Positions 52,009 to 62,668 of a stretch of 64,000 nt of DNA are shown piece by piece. The translations under genes were made by a program, and so were the position numbers. The stretch is taken from NCBI GenBank assembly GCA_038087875.1, contig CM075985.1, positions 6,882,001 through 6,946,000 on the forward strand, written 5' to 3'. Numbering within the stretch: the first letter of the stretch is position 1; each line of letters begins with the position of its first letter. The notes under the pieces are model-generated. The model saw nothing but the letters and a program-made list of their open reading frames with translations. It ran no database searches and was not told the DNA's origin. This stretch comes from Malacoraja senta. Its lineage: Eukaryota.

Positions 52009-53278
52009 ATCACTTTCCCTCACCTGGTTCTATCTATTCATCATACCCTTCCAATCTTGTTCCACCTATCATCTACCAGCCTTGTCCCACCCTTCTCCCC
52101 ATCTGGTTCCATCTGCCCATTTTCCCTGCCTATCTGATTCCATCTATCACCTACCAGTCTCTATCCCACTTCCCCTCCAACCCTCACCACGCACGGCTAA
52201 ATCCTCTTCACTCTTACTCAACCCGAACATAAACATACGTCTTTAATCTCGATATATGCTACTTGACCTGCTGGATTCTTTCAGCATTCTGTTTTCGTTT
52301 CAGATTATAGCATCTACAGTCTCTTGTCTTTTATTCAAAGCATTCTTAATTTATAATTGTAATCATAAAATACACACCAAAATCTTTAACATTGTAATGC
52401 AAGCAACACGAGGGAATAATCTGCTTTGATGGAGTATGAAAAGAGTGGTAGCAATTTAATAGATCCCAAGCATTTTGGTTCTTTCATTTCTTCATTCCAA
52501 TATGCATAATATCTTACATAATAACAGAACTAATCATTACACAATTAGTTTAAACCTTAGCAACGAGTTAACCTTCCACAAGTAATTAAAGATAACATTA
52601 AATAGAGGAATATACATTAACTAATATTTCATTAGCTGCAACATTCATGTTGAGACAATAACATCATTAAGATGGGTATTTAGAATTGGAGTAGTTTCTT
52701 AAATATGATTATTAAAGCATTATAGGCACAAACTGTTTCTCAGGCTTCAGTAAATTTGCTTGATAATAGAAATAATGATTTCAAAGTGCCGAACAAGCTA
52801 ATGCTGCTGGAGGAAATGTTCTTGTTTTACACTTAAATGATTTGGATGTAAGGGAAACTGCCAGATTTTTTTATCCGTCATTTAAACAGATATTGACCAG
52901 CTAGTTACCTGGATCACTGAAAGGAGCCCAGACCTTCCTGCTGGACTTTTCTCCATTCACAATACCCCAGTGTTCCAGCAAGTAGGTGGGTTAATACGTC
53001 TCAGACTGCATATGAGTATTAGAAAGGCGCTATATAAATATAATCCATTATTATTATTATTATTAATCACATCATTAGCAATTTAACAGCTCAGGTTTCT
53101 TTTTAAAGGGCTATTTCCTCTGAGTCATAAAAACAAGGGCATAATTTAACCCTTTTGATAAATTGAATTGACTTCTTGATGAGTGAGGGTGTCAGGGGAT
53201 ACGGGGAGAAGGCAGGAGAAAGGGGTAGAGAGGAAAAGATAGATCAGCCATGATTGAATGGCAGAGTAAACCTTTTTT

Positions 53279-53580
53279 TTTAGAGATACGGTGTGGAAGC
53301 AGGCCCTTCGGCCCACCGAATCCGCACTGACCAGCAATCCCCGCCCATTAACACTATCCTAAACACTCTAGGGACAATTTTTACATTTATACCAAGCCAG
53401 TTAACCTACAAATCTGTACGTCTTTGGAGTGTGGGAGGAAACCGAAGATCTCAGAGAAAACCCACGTAGGTCACGGGGAGAACGTACAAACTCTGCACAG
53501 ACAGCTGCCGCAGTCAGGTTCGAAACCGGGTCTCTGGCGCTATAAGGCAGCAACTGTACCGCTGCGCCACCGTGCCACCC
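53279..53580 (-). mobile_element. V-SINE (HE1-like), full length
   Basis: Reverse-complement match to 36572-36890. Confidence 0.85.
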
Positions 53581-55619
53581 TTTTAACATGGAGATCCATC
53601 CCCATCGCCACTTGATGAGGCGAATGGCCTAATTCTGTTCCTAGAACTTATGAACAATGAACTATTGAAGAAGGGTCTTGACCCAAAACATCGCCCATTC
53701 TTTGGTGTGGACAAGTTGGCAAATTGGTCCGGAGCTTGTTTCCATGCTGTACAACTATGACTTTATAACCGATCTGGTGTGATAGCAGCTTTTTCACTAC
53801 ATCTGCACAATTGAGGACCTTTTTTTAACAATTTCTTTGTAACATTTCTTCACTTCAAACAAACCTCCTTGAACCTGTTTGAGAAAATTCATTCCTGTAA
53901 AAATCTGCTCTATGCCTATGTCCATTCAAACTTCCCGCTTTCAGGATGGAATTTATACTTTAATTTCTGCAAGAGAAAATTCCAGGACTAAATTCTTAAT
54001 GACCAAATCAGAAACATCAAGAGTAAAATAAAGTGCTGTATAACATCAGTTGCGTCAGAACTTCAATTTCACTTGCATGTGTTCAATTGTTAATGCTATA
54101 CCACAGTTATTACCACAACCTAGATGTGCTGATTTGCATTTCAATCCATGTGCAACTGTTGCTAACATTGGATTGCAACATTCCAGCCAGTACCAAACCA
54201 TTAATTAAATACTGGTAGCCAATATTGTTGCAGCAACAATTTTACTTCGGAGTCACGTGAGTGACTACGTGAAGAACCCCGCCAGTGCGCCTGCGCGTCA
54301 TTACGTCAGACGCCTTGACGCAAACGGACGTGAGGAGCAGAGCTCCTCTAGTGGTTTGTAGTTTTTCAACTACAAGGTAAGTAAAAACTTTTTTCAGTAT
54401 TCCCAGGTCCGTTTACTGTGGGTCTGTGGGGATTTTTTCCACAGACGCCATGGAAAAAAAAAAAAAAAAAAAAAACGGGCAGGGGGAAGAGGTGAGCGAC
54501 TCAGCCGACAGAAAGTCGGGAAAGTCGGGAGTCTGCGGTTAGCGACCAACCGCCTCTAACCCCAGTACAGTCGCCAGCGGTGAGCATAGCGACTGTGGAC
54601 CTGGGGCAGTCAGCGCCTGTTGGGCGCAAGGCCAAGTCAAATCGAAACGGGCCACGGAGGAGGAGTCCCAGGAAATGGGAATGGAAGTAGCTCCAGTGAT
54701 TAATACTGCTTTTGAGCGTATTGCCCAAATGGAAAGCCTGCTACATAGGCTGTTGGAGCGAAGCACACTCAGGCAAGAGTGTACTGAAATCCAAGCTGCT
54801 GGAAGCAGCTCAACAGCTCCTGGTACAGGGCTGATAGAATGCACCCTCAGGGATGAGGAGCATGCTACGGGTCATGAGATTTCAGACCCCGACTCTGACA
54901 GTGAGGCTGTACAAGACGAAGAATGGCAGCTGCCAGATGTTCCACCCCTGGCAGTACGATTCGCTGCCCCGTCAGGGTCAGGAGAGCCATTAGGAGAAGA
55001 ATTGGCCTCCCTAATAAATTACTTGGTTTCCCATCAGCTGGAACAGCAGGAGATGGATGAGACTGCAAGAAAACATGAGACCCCAAGTAACTGTGTGTTG
55101 CTGAAAGCACCAGCAGTGAACCAAATTATCTGGAATCAGTTGAGTATGACTATGAGAACTCAGGAATTGAAATTGCAGAGAATATTAAAGCTGCTGGGTT
55201 CTGGAATAACTGCTTTTGCCAGAATAGTGGATAACAGCCAAGAGATGACGGAGTTGCATCAGGAAGCACTGGGGTTGCTATGCAGCACCCACTTCGAGAT
55301 CAATTGTCTGAGGAAGGTGCTATACGGCCTACTATGAATCCAAAATTCGCAGCACTCTGCAAACCAAGTAATATGCAATTACCCAACTTACTCTTTGGAG
55401 AGGATCTCGGGAGAGTTGGAAGATGAAGCGAAAACAGGATTGATGAAAACATCAATGGTTGTAAAGTCTGTAAAGAGGAAGTATCCTTTCAGACGTCATA
55501 CGGATCCTGGACCAGGACCAAGTCGCTCATCAACGCAGGGACGTAGCTGGCGGCCTGCAGCGGGAACAAGAACCAGTGGTGCTGCTTCCGGGAGAATCCA
55601 GGGATCTCAGAGTACTCAA

Positions 55620-57534
55620 ATGACTCAAGAGGTAGGTGGACCTGGTTCTCATGGGAACATACTAACCGGATTAAGTCCAAAAGTTGGAGGCAGATTACGT
55701 CTCTTCTATAAACATTGGAAGAAGATTACTTCAGATGTGGTAATTCTGAATAACATACAAGGATTTCGAATTGAATTCAATCCAAATTATGATTTGCCTG
55801 TCCAGCATGTTCCTAGCAGAACTCTCCACTTTGCACAAAAAGAAGTGATGGAGGTTCAAGCTGCGCTTCAAACCCTATATATAAAAGGTATTATTGAAGA
55901 ATCAGTCTACCAAATTCACCAATTTGTGTCAAATATATTCCCTCGATCAAAAAAGGATGGAGGATGTAGGATTATTATAGACTTGACAAGTCTGAATCCT
56001 TTTGTTCAAGTTAGACATTTTAAAATGGAGACATTTGTACTGCCAAACAACTTATCTCAGTTTTATGGCAATTATAGATTTAAAAGATGTATATTATTCA
56101 GTGTCTGTTCACTTGGAAGATATGAAGTATCTTAAATTTACATGGATGAACCAGTTAGGGCAGTTCAAAGCTCTGCCTAATGGGTTAACGTCCGCTCCCA
56201 GAATATTCACAAAATTGTTAAAATCAATTCTGGGGTTGCTGAGAAGCCAGGGGCATGTACTAATGGCATACTTGGATGATGTCCTGATTATAGGAAGGAC
56301 AGAACAGTCAACAGAAGCATCTGTTGCAGTTGTGAAATCAACTTTTGAAAGTTGGGGTTTTCTAAATTCATCCAAAGAAATCAAGGTTAACAACATGTAC
56401 CTCGATTGATTATTTGGGGTTCACAATTGATTCAGCCCAAATGAAAATTACTTTGCCCAGTGAAAAAATGGTGGAGTTGATTAAAGATTGCAGTAATCTG
56501 TTAAACGAGCAAAAACCCTTAATCAGACAGGTGGCTCGAGTACTGGGAAAATTAGTAGATTCCCAGCAGTCCAGTACGGACCATTACATTATCAACAGCT
56601 GCAGAGAGTTAAGAACAGGCACTGAGAATGAATGCTGGTCATTTTGATAGAACCATGCAACTAACAACAAATGCTGTTTCTGATCTGCAGTGGTGGATTC
56701 TACATGTCTCAAGCAGTTCTGGCAAAGTGCTGATTGAACAACCTTCCATGATATTACAAACTGATGCCAGTGCACTAGAATGGGGTGCAACTGACTTAAC
56801 ATCTAGCTGCGGAGGCAGATGGAATCAGGAAGAGTCATTGTTACTGCAGACATGGGGAATTAACTATTTGGAGCTTTTAGGATGTTTCTATGGACTCCAA
56901 GCTTATTGTTCTAACACAACTAAAAGGCATGTTCAAGTTCAAATTGATAAACACAACAGCAGTTGCCTATATTAATGATATGGGTGGAATTAAGTCGGTG
57001 TCATGTGACAAAATGGCTAATCAACTTCGGTCTTGGTGTATTGAAAAGAACATTTGGATTTCAGCTATCTATCTACCAGGTAGAATGAACACGATAGCAG
57101 ACACCAGGTCACAAAAGTTCCATGATAATAAAGAATGGATGTTGAATCGAGAGGTATTCAATGATATAGTAATCAGATTTGGAATGCCCGACATCGACTT
57201 GAATCATCAGCTATCGAGATATGTCTCATGGGAACCAGATCCAGAAGCAGTGGCGATTGATGCTTTCTCGCTACATTGGGGTGGTATGTTTTCATATATA
57301 TTTCCACCTTTCTGCCTCATAAGCCAATGTTTGCTTAAAATCAGGCAAGATGCTGCTTCAGGGGTATTGGTAGTACCAGATTGGCCTACACAGCCATGGT
57401 ATCCGTTGATATTAGAATTAACAACACAAATGTTGATGAAAGTCCCAAAAAGGAGTAATTTATTGCTGCACCCTGTAACAGGGGAACAACATCCATTATA
57501 TGATCGTTTGGATTTGTTGATTTGCAGGTTTTAA
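55620..57534 (+). pseudogene. DIRS pol (RT, RNase H, adenine-methyltransferase-like domain), several frameshifts
   Basis: ORF pieces 55395-56135, 56002-56409, 56414-56647, 56628-56975 and 56890-57534 carry successive motifs. Confidence 0.85.
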
Positions 57535-57549
57535 GAAGGCCTTTTCTGG

Positions 57550-58488
57550 GGCGAGGACTGTCTGAGCGTACTGTGGACATGCTTACGGCAGCCTGGAGGA
57601 AGAGCACTCAAAAACAGTACCTTTCTTATATTAAGAAATGGGAAGAGTTCTGTGTACAAAAGAATGTGCAATATAGTACTGCAGATATTTCAAATGTTTA
57701 GACTTTATTAGGATGAAGGTCTGATTTGTAGTGCAATTAATTCAGCCAGAAGTGCATTGTCCTCATATTTGGTTCTGGATTCAGAAAGAAACCCAATTGG
57801 GTCACACCCAATTGTTTCCAGACTAATGAAAGGAATCTTTAATTCCAAACCACCGAAACCTAGGTACATGACAATCTGGGATGTCAGTGTGGTACTGAAA
57901 CTACTTCGTGAATGGTCACCAAGTGTGTCTTTACCTTTGGCCAAGCTCAGTATGAAAGTAGTCATGCTTATGGCATTAGTGACAGCACAACGAGTGCAAA
58001 CACTTGGAAAATTACAAATAGACAGGATGGAAGTAACTTAAGACAAGGTTACATTCTATATCCATGACCTACTAAAGCAAAGTAGGCCAGGTGTGACAGG
58101 ATTTAAAATTGTGCTAGCAGCATATCCAAATGATCCTTGTCTCTGTGTTAAGACATATTTGTTACAATACATTGAGGTCACAAAGAATTTGAGAAATACG
58201 GAAACTGGGTTGTTGATCACACACAAGAAACCACACAAGAGAGTTTCAGTACAGACTATTTCCAGATGGGTAAAAGAAGTCTTAACAGCTGCTGGTATTA
58301 ACACTGATGTTTTTACGTCTCACTCAACTAGGGCAGCAGAAACGTCGGCGGCCAGGGAAAAAGACGTCCCCATTGACCATATCCTCGCAGCCGCCGGGTG
58401 GTCCAATGAGTTGATGTTTCAACATTTTTACCATCGGCCTATTGTTAATGCGGGATTGTTTGCAGAAACTATTTTAAGTTCTGTGTAA
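57550..58488 (+). pseudogene. DIRS tyrosine recombinase, frameshifted
   Basis: STQKQY..W, INSARSALS, HP.VSRLMKGIFN, ALVTAQRV, HSTRAA, AAGW, FYHRP. Confidence 0.87.
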
Positions 58489-59829
58489 ATTCCTCTGGTT
58501 TAAAGGGGATCTGATTAATTTCATTATTGAAATGAATTACTGCATTTGTGGTACAAATGTTATTATGAATGCATGATTGATTATTCTCGTTCCGAGTCAA
58601 TCAATGCAGTGAGAAGCCGGGATTGATCTACGGCATGAAATCACAAAGCTTTAAAACCTTCACGTAGTCACTCACGTGACTCCGAAGTAAAATAGTAAGA
58701 TTAAACGAGAACTTACCTAAGTTTGAAGTTTGATCTTTATTTTATGAGGAGTTACGTAGGTGATTACGTGCCCACCACGACCCTACCCTCTATCATAAAG
58801 GTCAGATGGAAGTTCTTGTATTACTCGTTTTATTATGAGACTATATTACTTCGGTTGTTGTTTTTTGTGATTTCACACCGCTGCTTTGAAAATTGACGCG
58901 CAGGCGCACTGGCAGGGTTCTTCACGTAATCACCTACATAACTCCTCATAAAATAAAGATCAAACTTCAAACTTAGGTAAGTTCTCGTTTAATCTTACTA
59001 TTAATTTCTATTCCTACCACTCTTTCCAGGTTCTTGCTGGAGATGAAAATCCTATCTCCCACTGGGTACTGTGCCACTTAATGAAGCTTATAATAGCTTA
59101 TCACTCAAGGTGAATCAAGGAATCAGGTTAATTCTTTCCTTGGGTAGAAAACAACTGTCGGAACAGCCGTATTTTTAAACTAGAAATGCCGAATTGAGAG
59201 GAGGTACAGCCTGCACCCACAGATACACACCAGAGACTAAGATGTTCATAAATCAAAATTATATTACTCCCTAAATGTACAGCTCGTAGGTCACCAAAAT
59301 CAGTAAATAATGATAGCTAATACCAAAAGGCCAACCATAACTCCTTCATAAGCTTCAGTTATCTCAATGTTATCTCATTTCCAGTCTGTCACACCTGATC
59401 CTGCTGTTCCAAAAAAAACCATCTCTAAATCTTTTAAAAAGGCTCCTTTTCTTTTCCACGATTCCCTATTCTATTCCTTCTCACTTTTTCTGTCTCACCT
59501 TGTTGTCCCAGCTGCACGGCACATATCACCACACATCCAACCTACATCTAACAACTGCTATAACTTGTCTTTCTGTATTTGGTTTTGAACCATTTTTAAA
59601 TGGGGCTTTGTACTCATTTAAGATCCACGTATAACAGATTGCCACTTCTAACCATTACTTACATTTTTGGTGTGATCCAATGCTTCTGAAGTAAGTCTCA
59701 GAACCAGAAATTGCTGTATTGCAGCACTGAAAAGGGTGATATTCTTGATATTGGCGCCGATATAAATATAAGAACATCATTGCACAATATTGGTAATTTT
59801 TTTTAAACGTTCTTATTGTTTTTGTGCAG

Positions 59830-59946
59830 GCTGCTAAAGGAGTGCCTGGACTCACTGGCTTTAAAGGAGCCAGGGGTTTACATGGAAAGCTCGGGCCACC
59901 AGGACCAACCGGTCCACACGGTCAGAAGAGTGAACCTGCATCCAAG
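59830..59946 (+). CDS. Collagen exon, 117 nt, AAKGVPGLTGFKGARGLHGKLGPPGPTGPHGQKSEPASK
   Basis: tgtgcag|GCT...AAG|gtagta; 13 triplets, three with Ala/Ser at the Gly position. Confidence 0.9.
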
Positions 59947-60235
59947 GTAGTATGGCTAATGATTAATGTATTTTAGTGTGTTGCTGAGCATTTCTAGCAT
60001 TTTATTTCTCATTTCCATTTTAACATCATCCACCGTATTTTACTTAAGGACTGTGTTTCTCTGTTACATTTGCTTTTACATCTTGTCTCATTACTCTCAT
60101 GAACGATGCTTGATACGATTGCAATGGCAAAAGCCACCTTCCAATATTCTAAATAAGTGATCTTCATGGGTATAGTCCTAGAAAATTCCCGGCTGACAAC
60201 TTTATTTCAAACCATCTTAAATTAAAACCACCTTA

Positions 60236-60468
60236 GGTAGACAAAATTGCTGGAGAAACTCAGCGGGTGCTGCAGCATCTATGGAGCGAAGGAAATAGGC
60301 AACGTTTCGGGCCGAAACCCTTCTTCAGACTGAACCCATCTGAAGAAGGGTTTCGGCCCGAAATGTTGCCTATTTCCTTCGCTCCATAGATGCTGCCGCA
60401 CCCGCTGAGTTTCTCCAGCAATTTTGTCTACCTTCGATTTTCCAGCATCTGCAGTTCCTTCTTGAACA
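60236..60468. repeat. Fold-back (inverted) pair of Penelope terminal repeats
   Basis: 60236-60329 is the near-perfect reverse complement of 60339-60432, with a ~9-nt spacer. Confidence 0.9.
60301..60328 (-). ncRNA. Minimal hammerhead ribozyme core (UUCG variant), left arm of fold-back
   Basis: Reverse complement reads CUGAAGAAGGGUUUCGGCCCGAAACGUU; the mirror copy at 60340-60367(+) has GAAAU. Confidence 0.7.
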
Positions 60469-61097
60469 TCTTACAACCACCTTAACTAGGTTTACAGATG
60501 GTTTACAGTATAGGTTACACTATCCCCTCTGCCAGTGTTTGATATTTGGAATGCTGTAAAGTAAGTTTCCTCTTTGATCAACTTTAAAACTCCACTTTAA
60601 ACCCATCCCTCTTGCTGTTGATACCCCTACCATGGAAAATATATTCTATCTACCCTCTTTATGCTTCTTGAAATTTGTGCTTAAAATTTGGTAAAATAAA
60701 CCTCACCCTTCGTTCCAGACAAACCAAGCCCAGCCTATCCATAACCAAAGCTCTCTAATCCAGGCAGTACCTGTTAAATCTCCTCTGCACAGGTCAATAG
60801 ATCAGAAAAAAACTATGGCTCTTATTCCTCCCATTCCATCTAAAACACATGCGGATATTAGTTGAGATCAGGATCAGTTTCAGGTGTATTTGCTCCACAA
60901 ATGAAAGGTCTGCTGATACTCCCTGCCTCGGATTACATCAGAAGAACATCCACAACAGTGTAATAACAGAGCGCTGATGAGAATAGTCAGACAATATCTT
61001 GGAAACATCATCATTTTATGCTGTATCTGCAAGTGATCATTGAAAAAGATGTTTCTAAAATGTATAATGGTGCATAATCAAAATCTCTCCTTAATAG

Positions 61098-61175
61098 GGT
61101 GAGCCAGGGAAGAGAGGGAGAACATGCCATGGCAAGAGAGGCTTTCTAGGGATTTCAGGAGCAAAAGGTGATCTG
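61098..61175 (+). CDS. Collagen exon, 78 nt, GEPGKRGRTCHGKRGFLGISGAKGDL
   Basis: taatag|GGT...CTG|gttagt; 26 aa with a two-residue interruption placed as in COL7A1 GERGPPGERVVGAPG. Confidence 0.9.
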
Positions 61176-61675
61176 GTTAGTAAATTCCTTATAGACTTTC
61201 AAAATTATACAATGGATTTTTTTGTTATTTGCTCTTCTTTTGGATCTGGATGTTGTTGACCAGGTCACTATTTATTGCCCATACGCAATCGCCCTTGAGA
61301 AGATGATGGGGAGTTGCTATCTTGAAGTGCTGCAGTTCTTCTAGTGTAGGTACTTCCACAGTGCAGAACAAAGACCCTGTGGCAATGAAAGGCCTGAGAT
61401 ACATTTCCAAATAAAGGCAGCATACAACTTGGAGGGGAATATGAAGGTAGTTGTGTTGCATCTTAAGCCCTGTTCTTCGTGGCAGCGGACGTTACTGGTC
61501 TTCGACAAAGCATCCCAAGTAACTGCGGTATATATAGATGATGGTACACACTGCAGTCATTGTATAATGATGGTAGATGGAATTAATGTTTTGGATGTTT
61601 GGCAGAGTTGCAATCAAGCAGGCTGCTTTGACGTGAATGGTGTTGTACCTCTGAGAGTCATGGAGACAAAGGGTA

Positions 61676-61853
61676 TATTTAAGAGGGAGTTAGATGTGGC
61701 CCTTGTGGCTAAAGGGATCAGGGGGTATGGAGAGAAGGCAGGTACAGGATACTGAGTTGGATGATCAGCCATGATCATATTGAATGGCGGTGCAGGCTCG
61801 AAGGGCCGAATGGCCTACTCCTGCACCTATTTTCTATGTTTTCTATGTTTCTA
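61676..61853 (+). mobile_element. CR1 3' end fragment
   Basis: IFKRELDVALVAKGIRGYGEKAGTGY plus 3' UTR and TTTCTATG tail. Confidence 0.88.
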
Positions 61854-62668
61854 TACTGCGTGGAAACAGGCCCTTTGGCCCAAATTGCCCACCCCGACCA
61901 AAATGTCCCATCTACACTAGTGGCAAGGGTGGCACACATGATCCACCAGAATCAGCAGATAATACTGTGTTTATTGGCTTATTGCCCCCGAGGACCGGGC
62001 ATTATTAGAAGTGTTGCCACAAAGTCTCGGGAATTAACCTGGTGAACCTATGCTGCACTCCCTCAATAAGCAAGAATGTCCTTCCTCAAATTAGGAGACC
62101 AAAACTGCACACAATAATCCAGGTGTGATCTCACCTGTGGAGCTCTCATCAGTGGAGCAAACTTCAACGTCAGGTCATTTATCATGCAGCCGTGGGTTAA
62201 CAGCTCTTATTGCAAGTGTGACTATTTACAGACATTTAGTTAAATGTTAATATCATTGCAGTGAAGATTAAACACTGAGCAATGGACAAGGGACAACTCC
62301 CTTGCTGCATTTCCTTACAGACTAACTGTTTTAGAATGTATTTATATTTGCTCTGGGCTATGCAGCTGAAAGGGTAGATATGGTATATCATCTAAATATA
62401 CTATTTTCAGAGCATTGACTTAATTAGCAGCAGATAATAAATGGAGCATGAAATTCCTCCTATTCTTCTCATTGCATTAGGCAGCAAACATCACAACATT
62501 GCCAGCTATTTTCCCGTTTCTAATTCTTTTCTTTTTAATTAAATCCTTTCTGGAGTTGTAAAGACATGGAATCCAAATTTTTGTACTGTGTATCCAATTT
62601 GACGACTCACAGCTCAAAGGTAGCATAAGCCCAATCCTAAATCAGACTTTGCTTGCACCATAGCAATA

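Larger units (their letters stand above)
54239..59002 (+). mobile_element. DIRS1-type tyrosine-recombinase retrotransposon, complete termini, decayed ORFs
   Basis: Left ITR 54239-54300; gag-like 54675-55337; RT (CRIIIDL, LPNGL, YLDD); RNase H (TDAS, INYLEL); methyltransferase-like (DAF...FPPF); recombinase (HSTR, AGW, FY); ICR 58658-58770; right ITR 58894-59002. Confidence 0.93.
3611..61175 (+). other. col7a1l: Collagen VII family gene (internal portion, 17 visible Gly-X-Y exons; continues beyond both window ends)
   Basis: 17 AG/GT-bounded phase-0 exons of 36,60,126,72,36,60,45,36,36,57,72,72,54,63,63,117,78 nt splice into an open Gly-X-Y frame. The size order and the imperfections (GI-G, GL-G, the 57-nt and 78-nt exons) match human COL7A1 exons ~92-111 as recalled. 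Paralogue vs orthologue status is inferred, not tested. Confidence 0.8.

Noticed and set aside
52908-52990. Minus-strand exon-like stretch (YLLEHWGIVNGEKSSRKVWAPFSDP then CAG|GTAAC)
   Set aside because: No acceptor or partner exons found and no recognisable protein; adjoins a retroposon tail.
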